In this document: one piece after another, positions 48,545-60,972 of the stretch
Layout of the letters: each line of letters opens with the position of its first letter
Numbering within the stretch: position 1 is the stretch's first letter
NCBI GenBank assembly: GCA_963815195.1
Contig: CAWFGE010000015.1
Span: forward strand, 672,001 to 736,000
Direction of reading: 5' to 3'
DNA from: an uncultured Planctomycetaceae bacterium
Lineage (GTDB): Bacteria > Planctomycetota > Planctomycetia > Planctomycetales > Planctomycetaceae
DNA length: 64,000 nt
Program-made: the position numbers and the translations under genes
The notes under the pieces: generated by a model
Told to the model about the DNA's origin: nothing
The model's input: the letters and a program-made list of their open reading frames with translations, nothing else
Databases searched by the model: none

Positions 48545-50836
48545 ATGCCGACGCATCGCGTGCCTATTTTGTTGATCCAGGATTCGGAGGGGTTTTGGTC
48601 GGCCCAGCCGGTGGAACCAGACACGGCTTTGGTGGGAACCGGAGCGACCGCCGCCGATGCCCTCGCCCAGATCAAAACGTATCTGGATTGGTCGTACGAT
48701 CGCGATTCATGCAAGGAGATTCCGGACATCCAGGGGCCTACGCTCGCGCGGTTCAAGATTTCTGTGCGGCCGCATTACGTGGAACCGAATCGCGTTTATC
48801 CCTGTGCCGAGTCGATGGAATTGCCCGTGGACTGCGTCCTGGGCAAGCGGTCGGATGGATTGCTCACTTGCGTGGCTCCGATCGTGGGCGTGCGATTCGA
48901 TTACAACGAAAAGGCCGCGTTGGAATCGCTGCTCACGGATGCCGTGCTCTCGCAGCTCGCGGGGAAGACGCCCAGGCAACTCTCGCGGTATCTGCCGCCC
49001 CGGGCGATGGAGATCCGGGAATTGGCGATCCGCGTGAAGCCCCGCATTTGGCGGGACGGGGGCGAAGTTTATCTCCCCACGCTGGAAGAGATCGCCGACC
49101 CCATTGGGGAGAAATCGGTGCGGAAGCGGTTTTCGCGGGCCTGGCTGCGGGACGCGGAACTCGCGGAGCTTCAAAGCCGCTTGACGGAGGAACGCGCGAG
49201 CGTGCTGCTGCTCGGCGTGCGAGGCGTGGGCAAGACGACCTTGCTCGTGGATGCCGTCCGCGACACCGAGCGGTTGCTCTATCGGGCGGCCAAAGCGGAG
49301 GAACACGAGAACGGCCGGCGTTACCGCCATCGGTTCTGGATGACGAGCGCCGCCCGCATCATCGCCGGGATGCGGTACTTGGGCGAATGGGAAGCCCGCT
49401 GTGAGGAGATTCTGTTCGAGCTCTCCGAAATCCAAGGCGTGTTGTGCATCGAGAATCTGCTCGACTTGCTGCGGATCGGCGGCGGCGAAGCGTCGCAAAG
49501 CATCGCGGCGTTTTTGATGCCCTATTTGCAGCAAGGGGAACTCAGGATCGTGGCCGAAGCCACCTTGGACGAGCTGTCCGCGGCGGATCGGTTGTTGCCG
49601 GGCTTTTCGGATCTGTTTCAGAAGCAGCGTGTCGAAGCCCTTTCGCATCGCAGCATGGTCCAAGTGTTGGAGAAGGTGATCGACGCCGCCCAGCAAACAC
49701 ATCGCCGCCCGGCGGAATGCCGGGTCGATGTTCGATTGCCGGAGATCATTTTGCATCTCCACGAACGCTTCTTGCCTTACCAATCCTTTCCCGGCCCGGC
49801 CGTGCAGTTTTTGCGGGATTTGATCAAGGCCGTCTTCAAAGAGGATCGCCCGCGTCTCGAACCGGCCGATGTTTTTCAGGCCTTTGCCCGGCGGACGGGT
49901 GTGCCGGTGCGGTTTTTGCGGGATGATGTTCCCCTCGATTCCGACGAAGTGTTCGCGGAGCTTTCCCGCCAGGTCATCGGCCAGGAGGAAGCGGTGCGGT
50001 CGGTCGTGGAATTGATCGCCACGTTCAAAGCGGGTCTGAACAATCCACGCCGGCCTTTGGGAGTCGAGCTGTTCTGCGGGCCGACGGGGGTGGGAAAAAC
50101 CGAGCTGGCCAAGAAGCTGGCCGAGTTCTGTTTTGGCGAAGGCGAGGATCCCGACCGCTTGTTTCGCTTGGACATGAGCGAATACCAAGGCTACGGCGCG
50201 GGCCAGCGGATTTTGATGCAGCCCGACCGCTCGCCGAGCCGGCTGATTTCGCACATCCGCGAGAAACCGTTCTCCGTGGTGTTGTTGGACGAGATCGAAA
50301 AAGCCGATGCCGAGGTGTTCGACCTGCTGCTGAATCTCTTCGAGGAAGGCCGGCTCACCGATGCCTATGGCCGCACCACGCATTTTCAATCGACGATCGT
50401 GATTATGACGTCGAACCTGGGAGCCGAAAGCGTCTCGGCGTTGGGCTTCAAGCCGGCTTTTGCGCCGGCGTACGAATCGGCCGCGATGCAGTTTTTCCGG
50501 CCGGAGTTTTTCAACCGCATCGACGAGGTGCTCTCGTTCGCGCCGCTTTCGGAAGAATCCGTGCTCGAAATCACCAAAAAAGAACTGGAGGCTCTGAGCC
50601 GGCGCGAGGGGCTCTCTGGCCGGGCGATTCGCTTGGCTTACGATGAGGGATTTTTGAAGGACGTCGCAAAGCGCGGCTACGATGCCCGGTACGGCGCCCG
50701 GCCGCTCAAACGGTTTTTAGAATCCTCCGTGGTCACGCCGATTTCCGAATACCTCGTTTCCCACCCGAATTCGCAGGGAGAGACTCTTCGCTTGCGTTTC
50801 ACCGAGGCCGGTCGCGTCGCCGTGACGCCGACTTAG
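48545..50836 (+). CDS. Divergent ClpA/B-type double AAA+ ATPase 3 (no C-terminal extension)
   Basis: D1 GVRGVGKT; D2 [47 protein letters not shown]. Confidence 0.9.
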   Translation: MPTHRVPILLIQDSEGFWSAQPVEPDTALVGTGATAADALAQIKTYLDWSYDRDSCKEIPDIQGPTLARFKISVRPHYVEPNRVYPCAESMELPVDCVLGKRSDGLLTCVAPIVGVRFDYNEKAALESLLTDAVLSQLAGKTPRQLSRYLPPRAMEIRELAIRVKPRIWRDGGEVYLPTLEEIADPIGEKSVRKRFSRAWLRDAELAELQSRLTEERASVLLLGVRGVGKTTLLVDAVRDTERLLYRAAKAEEHENGRRYRHRFWMTSAARIIAGMRYLGEWEARCEEILFELSEIQGVLCIENLLDLLRIGGGEASQSIAAFLMPYLQQGELRIVAEATLDELSAADRLLPGFSDLFQKQRVEALSHRSMVQVLEKVIDAAQQTHRRPAECRVDVRLPEIILHLHERFLPYQSFPGPAVQFLRDLIKAVFKEDRPRLEPADVFQAFARRTGVPVRFLRDDVPLDSDEVFAELSRQVIGQEEAVRSVVELIATFKAGLNNPRRPLGVELFCGPTGVGKTELAKKLAEFCFGEGEDPDRLFRLDMSEYQGYGAGQRILMQPDRSPSRLISHIREKPFSVVLLDEIEKADAEVFDLLLNLFEEGRLTDAYGRTTHFQSTIVIMTSNLGAESVSALGFKPAFAPAYESAAMQFFRPEFFNRIDEVLSFAPLSEESVLEITKKELEALSRREGLSGRAIRLAYDEGFLKDVAKRGYDARYGARPLKRFLESSVVTPISEYLVSHPNSQGETLRLRFTEAGRVAVTPT

Positions 50837-50861
50837 TTCGGCCGAAATCGCCGTTTCGATT

Positions 50862-51939
50862 TTAAGCCGCCCCCAGCGACTCCACCACCAGCCGGCCCAT
50901 TTCTTTTGTGCCGATGGACTTTCCACCCGCGGCGATGTCGGGGGTGCGGTGGCCGGCTTTGAGGACCGTTCGAGACCGCGGTTTCGATCGCGGCGGCTTC
51001 TTCTTCCAGGTCCAGCGAATGCCTTAAGAGCATCGCAGTGGCCAGGATCGTCGCAAGCGGGTTGGCGATGCCCTTGCCCGCGATGTCCGGGGCGGAGCCG
51101 TGGATCGGTTCGTAAAGGCCGGGGCCGCTTTCGCCCAGCGACGCTGAGGGCAAAAGCCCCAAGGAACCAGGCAGCATCGAGGCCTCATCGGTGAGGATGT
51201 CGCCGAACATGTTCCCGGTGACGACGACATCGAACGACCTCGGCCGGGAGATCAGGTGCATCGCCATCGCATCCACGAGGACGACTTCGTATTCCAGATC
51301 GGGAAACTCGTCTTTCATCACCCGCGAGGCCACGCTCCGCCACAGCCGCGAGACTTCCAAGACGTTCGCCTTATCGACCGAGGTGACTTTCCCCCGCCGT
51401 TTTCGCGCGGCTTCCGCGGCGAGACGGACCACGCGTTCGATCTCCGGCGTGGAATAGATCATCGTGCTGTAGGCCACTTCGCCTTCCGGGATCGGCCGCC
51501 GGCCCGATTCGCCGAAGTAAATCCCGCCGGTCAGCTCGCGGAAAAACAGAATGTCCACGCCCTCGACGATCTCCCGCTTGAGCGGCGACGCGTCCAGAAG
51601 CTCGGGAAACGGGGCGATCGGCCGCAGGTTGGCGAACAGCTTCAATTCCTTGCGGATGCCCAAGAGTCCCGCTTCCGGGCGGGTCTTGGCGTCGGGGTCG
51701 TCCCACTTCGGCCCGCCGACGGCGCCGAGCAGCACGGCCGCTGAGGATTTGCATTCATCGAGCGTGCGATCGGGCAGCGGGGTGCCGAAGTCGTCGATCG
51801 CATTCCCGCCCATCGGACAGGAAACCGTCTCGAACCGGTGTCCGAACCGGCGGGCGATCGTTTCCAACACCTTTTGAGCCTCGGCCACAATCTCCGGCCC
51901 AATCCCGTCCCCCGGCAACAACGTCAACTTGGCATCCAC
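50862..51939 (-). CDS. leuB: 3-isopropylmalate dehydrogenase (frameshift near 50965)
   Basis: [64 protein letters not shown]. The true tail [16 protein letters not shown] is in the adjacent frame. Confidence 0.96.
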
Positions 51940-52070
51940 AACTCGGCCTTTCGCGAAAGAGGAAAAGTAGAACGCGAGTGTAACACAGCCGCCCGGGATT
52001 TTCAGGTCCCGCCTGGGAGCGGCTCGGTGTATCGCCCGCGCGTGTGTTTCACAGAAGTAAGTACGGACTT

Positions 52071-52149
52071 GGGTGGCACGCCCTGAGGAACGACGGGCGT
52101 GGTCTTGCGCTTTGCCACGCCCTTCGCTCCGCTCAGGGACGTGCCGCCC
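52071..52149. repeat. REP-like palindromic element (family B, copy 2)
   Basis: Near-identical to 33081-33160; flanked by imperfect inverted gtgtgtttcaca (~52042) and tatgaaacacatac (~52191). Confidence 0.9.
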
Positions 52150-52325
52150 AATCCCCTGGAAAACAGGGCGAAAGATTATCCACCGATTTTTATGAAACAC
52201 ATACCGCCCGCGCAAAACCTTGGCCCTGTGCTTGCATTGGGGCGGAGAATTCACGATGATACCGGGCTCGGATTTTGAATTAGTCTTGGCACATGCGTTG
52301 ATCACCACACGAAGGAATTTGAGTC

Positions 52326-52586
52326 ATGGCTCATAAGAAGGGGCAAGGGTCCAGCCGGAACGGGCGCGACTCCAATGCGCAGCGGCGGGGCATCAAGAAA
52401 TTCGGCGGCGAACACGTGCTGGCCGGAAACATCCTGGCCCGGCAGTGCGGCACGAAATGGCATCCCGGCCGGAACGTCGGCATGGGCAAAGACTACACGC
52501 TGTTCGCCCTCGTGGAAGGCACGGTGTTCTTCGACCGGAAGGGCCGCCGGGTCAACGTCGTCGCCGCCGAGACGGTGCAAAGCTAA
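52326..52586 (+). CDS. rpmA: 50S ribosomal protein L27
   Basis: [28 protein letters not shown]...[15 protein letters not shown]. Confidence 0.99.
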   Translation: MAHKKGQGSSRNGRDSNAQRRGIKKFGGEHVLAGNILARQCGTKWHPGRNVGMGKDYTLFALVEGTVFFDRKGRRVNVVAAETVQS

Positions 52587-52608
52587 CCGGTTCTCGACCG
52601 TTCGCAGA

Positions 52609-54072
52609 TCATCGCGCGGTCAGCCCCAGGCTGCGCCGATAGCTTTCGACGACCTTCGATCTGTCGAGCTTTTGCTCGATTTTCCGCCATTCGTCCGCCA
52701 CGGATTCCAGAATCTTCGCCTCGTTCCCGTCTTCCGCGATGGCCTGCGTTAGGCCTTTCGTGAGCGCCCCCCGGAAAGCGGATTGCCCGATCACCGGCAA
52801 CTCCATGACGAGTTGTTGGTTTCTCAGGGATTCCGCGACCGTGTCGGCGTATTGCTGGCTTTCGACCGTCGTGAGTTGGGGTCCGGTCCACGCGGACGGT
52901 TGCTGGGCCTGCGACTCCCGGCAGAGGCTGACCACGTCGGCGGGATAGCTCGCCGGCAGTTGATCGACGGCCAGGTAGCGGACGAATTCCCACGCGGCCC
53001 GCTCGGTCGCCGGCTCCAAATGGGCCGCGACGCCGAACGCCCATCCGGTAAATCCGGTGTAGGTCACGCGGTGGATGTTGCTCTCGTTCAATTCCACCCA
53101 GTTGTCGATCGACGTGTTATAGACCCGCGTGCTCCCCGGGAGTGGGCGAATCCCGATTTGCAGATCCTCGCCGCGCGGAATGGCGCTGCCGCGGTCTGTT
53201 TCATAAGCAATCGCGAGCGCGGCCCGGCCCTCCAGAATTTCCCGCCGGCAGTCGGCGGGGGTCATGGTTTTGACGTCCTCCGGCATCTTGGCGAGGGCCG
53301 CCTTGGCGATTTTCAGACTTTCCAAGAAGCCCGGATTGGCAATCAGCGGCTCGCCGGTCGAGAGATTGAAGCAGAACGAAAACTGGTCGGGATGCTTCGC
53401 GACCGAGGCGGCCCGGGCCAAAAACAGGCTCGCCCGGAACGATTCGCCCCACGGTTCCACGGCCGAGAGTCCCGGCGCCCAATCGTCGAGTGTCTCCAAA
53501 AGATTTTGATATTCGCTCCAAGTCCCGGGCGGCTTAAGGCCGGCTTTCTCGAACAGATCCTGCCGAAAATACAAGACCAGCGTCGGGCAGGAAACGGGAA
53601 CGAGCATCGGCTTGCGGGACACCGAAGCCGCCCGCGTCCGCAATCCCTGGAGAATATCCAGCCAATCCAACTGCTCCCGCTGCTCAAGTGCCTCCGGAAT
53701 CCCTTGCAATCGGTCCGACGCCGCCAACTCCGGCACGGCGGACCAGGGGATCAAAAACACCTGCGGCCGGCCGTTGGCTGCGGAGGTCGATTTCTTCAGA
53801 ACACCGGGAAACGCGGTCGAATCGTCCGGGAGGGAGTATTCGTCCAGGCGGACGTCGGCCTGCGTCAGGTCGCTCCACTCGTTCACCGGCAGTTCCCAAG
53901 CGGTCGGCAACCCCAAGCCGCGAGGAACCGCCACGCTCAGCGTCTTTCCGGCGAAGGGGATTCTCGAAGCTTCGCCCTCGGCGTTCTCGGACTCTGTTTT
54001 CCCACACCCGCCGCAGCCCGCGAGGCACGTTAACAGGAAGCACAAAACTCCTGCCCGAAGTTGTCTGATCAT
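52609..54072 (-). CDS. Sugar-type ABC substrate-binding lipoprotein
   Basis: Lipobox LAGC; LYFRQDLFEKAGLKPPGTWSEY; GWAFGV; AAWEFVRYL. Confidence 0.82.
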   Translation of the reverse strand: MIRQLRAGVLCFLLTCLAGCGGCGKTESENAEGEASRIPFAGKTLSVAVPRGLGLPTAWELPVNEWSDLTQADVRLDEYSLPDDSTAFPGVLKKSTSAANGRPQVFLIPWSAVPELAASDRLQGIPEALEQREQLDWLDILQGLRTRAASVSRKPMLVPVSCPTLVLYFRQDLFEKAGLKPPGTWSEYQNLLETLDDWAPGLSAVEPWGESFRASLFLARAASVAKHPDQFSFCFNLSTGEPLIANPGFLESLKIAKAALAKMPEDVKTMTPADCRREILEGRAALAIAYETDRGSAIPRGEDLQIGIRPLPGSTRVYNTSIDNWVELNESNIHRVTYTGFTGWAFGVAAHLEPATERAAWEFVRYLAVDQLPASYPADVVSLCRESQAQQPSAWTGPQLTTVESQQYADTVAESLRNQQLVMELPVIGQSAFRGALTKGLTQAIAEDGNEAKILESVADEWRKIEQKLDRSKVVESYRRSLGLTAR

Positions 54073-54302
54073 GGATACTTTTTCTTTGGAGTGGTGATGA
54101 CATCGAAAGTCGCCCTTCGCGGAACGACCGGCGACTTTCCTTGTTCATGGTGATTCGTCTTTTGCGAATCGGCAAGTGATTTGGAGCGGTTCCTCGGAAT
54201 TTCGTGGGGAAACGAGTCGGGGCGGGGGATTGTTCTTCCGCGGGACGCGCGCGTAAGATCTTAAGGCGATCCGTTTCCCTTAAAAAACCCCCCGAGACAC
54301 CG

Positions 54303-55818
54303 ATGACCGCTTCCGCTCTCAAACTGCCTCTGGAAATCCCCGGACCGCCGGTTTGGGGACCGGTGGGGCGATGGCGGCAGATGCTCTGGTTCGCCCGGGA
54401 TTCCATCGGCCTGGGGATTGAACTCTTTCACAAATACGGCCCGGTGGCGGCGATTGCCCAGGGCGGCGGCACGCGGTTGATGTCGCCTTATCCGAATTGT
54501 CCCGGCAGCGTGCTGGCGTATGGCCCCGACTTGACGCAGGAAGTCGCCACCAACCACGAGGTGTATCACAAATTCCACTTGAGCGGCCGAATGCACCCGC
54601 TAGGCGATGACCGACCCAGCCGAGCGGGGCTCAAGCAGTTCGGGGCCGGGTTGTTCGCCGTCAACGAGGACGAACACCGCCGGCACCGGAAACTCATGGC
54701 CCCCGCGTTCTACAATTCCCGCATCGCCGGCTACCGCGATGTGATGGTCAGTATTACCCGGGAAGCCTTAGAGCATTGGCGGCCCGGCGAGGTGTTGGAC
54801 ATCCAAAAGGAAATGCAAGACATCGCCCAGGGCATCGCCAGCAAAGCTTTGTTCGGCGAAGACCTCGCGGCCCAAGGCGACGAGATGACCAGCACGGTCC
54901 AGGACGCCCTGTTGATGATCGCCGCCCCGCTGGTGCGACTCTTGCCCTATAACGTGCCGGGCCTGCCTTACCGCAGACTGCTCCGGGTCGCGCAGAATGT
55001 CTTACGACCGGACAGAGGGCATCATCGCCCGTCGCCGGGCCATCGGCACCGATGGGAACGATGTGCTTTCCATGCTCATCAAAGCCCGGGACGAAGACGG
55101 CGGACTGACCGAAGACGAACTCATCGGGCACGTCGGCGTGCTGTTCGCCGCGGGGCACGAAACGTCCGCGAACGCGCTGACCTGGACGCTGTTTTTGCTC
55201 TCGCAGCATCCAGAGATTCACGCCGACCTCTGCGATGAAATCGCACTTGACCTAGGCGACAGCCTGCCCACGGTGGAGGTCTTGGAGCAGATGCCGTTGT
55301 TGGAGCGGGTCGTCAAAGAGAGCCTGCGAATCTTGCCACCGGTGCCTTGGAACGGGCGGATTTGCTCGCGGGACACCGAACTCGGGGGCTACCATTTGCC
55401 GGCGGGCTGCGAAGTGCTCGCGAGCATCTACCACACGCACCACATGCCGGAACTCTATCCGCTGCCCGAGCGCTTCGATCCCGCGCGGTGGGAAACGATC
55501 ACGCCGACGGGCTACGAATACCAGCCCTTCAGCGCGGGGCCGCGAATTTGCATTGGGGCCGGGTTTGCGATGCTGGAAATCAAAATCGTGCTCTCGATGC
55601 TGCTCTCGCGGTTCCGCGTGGAATATCTGCCGAATCAAACCATCCAGCGCTGCGGCACGATCGTCTCCGCCCCGCGCTACGGAATGAAAATGAAAATCCA
55701 CCCGCCCGACCGCCAATTCTCCCAAGGCGTCGGCGGCGTGAAAGGCAACGTGCGCGAAATGGTCGATCTTGAGGGAAATCCCAATGACCAAATCCCAATG
55801 ACCAATGGGAAACGGTGA
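54303..55818 (+). CDS. Cytochrome P450 (frameshift near 55000)
   Basis: HRRHRKLMAPAF; AAGHETSA; KESLR (ExxR); PERFDP; FSAGPRICIG heme-thiolate motif. Confidence 0.95.
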
Positions 55819-55911
55819 AACTTGAACCGCGGCGTTGCCGAGAGCTTGGGGGGCGTGGTATTTTGAGCGCCTGGAGTTTGTTTCGCCAATCACTGACTAT
55901 TGATAGTTTTT

Positions 55912-56376
55912 ATGATTTCCCTCAAAAATATCTTGATGCCGACGGATTTCAGCGACACGTCGCTCTTGGCGGCGGAGTATGCCGTGGAGCTCGCAAAGCG
56001 GTTCTCGGCGACGATTCATCTGTTGCATGTCATTGAAGAACCCATCGCCACGATTCCCCTTCTGGAAACTTACGGGGCCCCCTCGAAAGAGGAATACGAA
56101 GCGGCGGCCCAGGCGATGCTCGACAACTGGCCGCTGCCGGACGGGGCGGAGGAATGCACCATCATTCGCCGGTGGCACCACGGCACGCCGTTTTTACAAA
56201 TCCTGCACGATGCCCGCGACCACGACATCGACCTGATCGTGATGGGCTCGCACGGCCGGGGCATGATGGCCCACATTCTTCTGGGGAACGTCGCGGAAAA
56301 AGTTGTCCGCAAAGCGAGTTGCCCGGTGTTCACGGTGCGGCCGGAAGGTCATCAATTCGTCCATCCCGCCGAGTAA
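55912..56376 (+). CDS. Universal stress protein
   Basis: NILMPTDFS..; DLIVMGSHGRG..LLGNVAEKVVRKASCPVFTV. Confidence 0.95.
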   Translation: MISLKNILMPTDFSDTSLLAAEYAVELAKRFSATIHLLHVIEEPIATIPLLETYGAPSKEEYEAAAQAMLDNWPLPDGAEECTIIRRWHHGTPFLQILHDARDHDIDLIVMGSHGRGMMAHILLGNVAEKVVRKASCPVFTVRPEGHQFVHPAE

Positions 56377-56398
56377 CCCCAGACGGAACATCGCCGCC

Positions 56399-58024
<1,626 letters not shown>

Positions 58025-58211
58025 GCATCGACTAAGCGGCCGGGTACCCGCTGGGTGGCGACCCGCCGGTTCTTCGAATTGGAAAACGCCGGCGGCTACG
58101 CCGGACCGCTCAGTGTTTTCTTCGTCCTTGTTGCTGGTTGGTTGATTGGGATTGCCGCTCGGCGATGATACAATCGTCTCGGTTTTCGCTTTGCTTTTCT
58201 GGATGTCTTTT

Positions 58212-60156
58212 ATGAAACGCATCTCTTGCTGGCTGCTGTTCTTGGTCCTTTCCGCGTTCCCGGCGCTGGGCATTGCGAAGGATCGGCCGAATGTTGTTTT
58301 GTTTCTCGTCGATGACATGGGCTGGATGGACAGCACGCCCTACGGCTCGAAGTATTACGAGACGCCGAGCATGCAGCGGCTGGCCAAACAGTCGATGCGG
58401 TTCACCGATGCCTACGCGCTGCCGCTCTGCTCGCCGACGCGGGCGTCGATTTTGAGCGGTCAATATTCCTCCCGCCATCGGGTGACCTCCGCGAGCGGCC
58501 ATCGCCCCGCCGCGCCCGCGAATGCGTCGCCTTATCCCGAAAAGGCCCCGCCCAACAAGCGGTTCCTGTATGCCGAGAGCAAGAACTATCTCGATCCAAG
58601 CCTGACGACTCTCGCCGAGGTCTTGCACGAAGCGGGCTACCGCACCGGGCATTTTGGGAAATGGCATCTGGGGTTGAGCCGCGAGCATTGGCCGGACAAG
58701 CACGGCTTCGACGTCGCCTTTCACGCCCAGCCCAGCCCCGGCCCGCCCAGTTATTTTTCGCCTTATGGGGTCTTCAAAGACGGCAACCCCAGCGGCCGGC
58801 ATCACGTCGGCACGATCACCGACGGACCCGACGGGGAATACATCACCGACCGCCTGACGGACGAGGCGATCCAGTTCGTCGAAGCCAACAAGAACCGGCC
58901 GTTCTTTTTGAACTTCTGGCATTACGGAGTTCACGGCCCCTGGGGTCACAAGGAAGAATACACCGCGGAGTTTGCCAAGAAGACCGACCCGCGCGGCCGG
59001 CAGCGGAATCCGATCATGGCGTCGATGCTCAAAAGCGTGGATGAAAGCCTGGGCCGACTGCTCCGCCGGACTCGACCAACTCGGCCTCGCGGAGAACACC
59101 CTGTTCATCTTCTACTCCGACAACGGCGGAAACGTGCACAGCAACACGCCCGACAGCCGGCAGATGCAGAACATCGGACCGAACCATCCGAAATGGGCCT
59201 TCGTGCAGGATTGGAAGAAATGGGCCGGCCCGGAACCGCCCACGAACAACGCTCCGCTCCGCGAAGGCAAGGGCCGGATTTACGAAGGCGGACAGCGCGT
59301 GCCGCTGATGATTCGCTGGCCCGGCAAAATCGAGCCGGGCTCGATCACCAATGCCGTCGCGGGGCCGATCGATCTTTATCCGACGATCCTGGATGCGTTA
59401 GGCATAGCCAAACCCAAGTCGCAGATCATCGATGGGGAATCGCTGCTCCCGGTGCTCACAAACACCGGCGGCCTCAAACGCAAAGCCTACTTCACCTGGT
59501 TTCCGCATTTGATTCCCGCGGTCTCGGTTCGGTGGGGCGATTGGAAACTCATCCGCCGGTTCGAGCCTCATCCCGACTATCCCGAGGTCCGCGAACTCTA
59601 TGATCTCAAAAACGACATCGGCGAAACCCGCAATCTGGCCAAGGAGATGCCGGACAAGGTGAAAGAACTCGACGTTCTCATCGACCAGTTCGTGAAGGAC
59701 ACGGGGGCGCTTTATCCCAAACCGAACCCCGCCTTCGCGGAAACAGACATCACCGCCGGCCTCGTGCCCCGGAAGTGCAAGCTCGCCAAAGCCCGAGGCG
59801 CGATTCGCGTCGTCGGCGAAGGCCGGCTGCCTTTCCTCGGCACCGCGGGCGGGAAACTCAGCGGCCCCGTCACGCTCAAACTCATCGCCCGCAGCACCGC
59901 CGGCGGCGAAGGCCGGCTCCAATGGAAAACCAAGACCCAGGAAAGTTTCCCGAGCACCGGGCAGACCATGCCTTACAAACTCCCCGCCGGCGACGACTGG
60001 CAAGAGATCGAGGTCACGCTCCCGATCCAAGGGGACGCGGGAGTCATCCGCCTTTACCTTCCCGCCGAGGACACCGCCGTGGAGCTTCGGTCGATTCGCT
60101 ACACGGATAAAACCGGCCGCAGCAAAACCTGGGATTTCTCGGGAATCGCGCCCTGA
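58212..60156 (+). CDS. Formylglycine-dependent sulfatase with C-terminal extra domain (frameshift near 59065)
   Basis: PNVVLFLVDDMG, CSPTRASILSG, GKWHLG, FYSDNGG, GKGRIYEGGQRVP. Confidence 0.93.
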
Positions 60157-60415
60157 GATTCCGAATCCACGCCGTCGCAGCCGTCGCGGAAAGCCAGCCC
60201 TTTCTCGTGCATGCCGCTTTGATACATTGAAGGGCATTGATGCGTTTCCACGGTATGTGACTTGAAGTGCGCGAAAATCTTCTTTTGACCAAAACTGGAC
60301 CTTGACATCTTATTTCCCGCCGGGTTATGCTCGTGGAAATTGGATGCGTTGGTCCTGTTAAGCGGCCGCGCGTGGTCTTGGTTGGGTGTGCCCCTCTCTT
60401 TCGAAAGGATGAGCC

Positions 60416-60965
60416 ATGATGAGAAGTTTTTCGCTGCGCCGGATTGACGGCGGTGGTGTGCTTGACGCTGTTGACGACCGGTTGGATTGTGTCCGCGGAG
60501 CCGGCGAAGAAAAAGGAAAAAACTCAGCCTCCCAAAGCCGCGGTGGAGCGGACCCGCAAGACGGTGAAGATGCTCGACGACGTTTACAAGTCCGCGATCG
60601 TGCTGATCACCGACAAATATGTGAATAGTGAAAAGGACTATCCCGCGGGAAGCGCGGCCATCGATTTGTTCGCCGCGATCCAGAAGAAAGGCTGGCACGA
60701 AGTCCGGCTGCTCGATGTCACGGGCGAGCCTTACGATCCCGAAAACGTCGCCAAGGACACCTTCGAAAAAGCCGGCGTGAAGCAGATGAAAGCCGGCAAG
60801 GATTATTACGAAGAAATCATCCAGAAAGACGGCAAGCCCTACTTGCGGGCGATGACCCCGGTTCCGGTGGTGATGCAGAAGTGCGTCATGTGCCACCCGC
60901 ACTACGCCGATGCCAAAAAAGGCGAAGCCATCGGTGCCGTCAGCTATACGCTGCCGATCGAGTAG
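60416..60965 (+). CDS. DUF3365/Tll0287-like periplasmic c-type heme protein (probable frameshift in the signal peptide near 60430)
   Basis: YLRAMTPVPVVMQKCVMCH (CxxCH)...IGAVSYTLPIE; AAGGA RBS before ATG 60416. Confidence 0.85.
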
Positions 60966-60972
60966 CCGGCGT

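Noticed and set aside
41765..50836. ClpV/TssH of a type VI secretion system, or canonical clpA/clpB
   Set aside because: No T6SS genes in the window, no Clp_N repeats, no ClpB M-domain, and degenerate D1 Walker B motifs.
58035..58110. Weak inverted repeat after the DASS transporter
   Set aside because: Too degenerate to define confidently; possibly an eroded REP.
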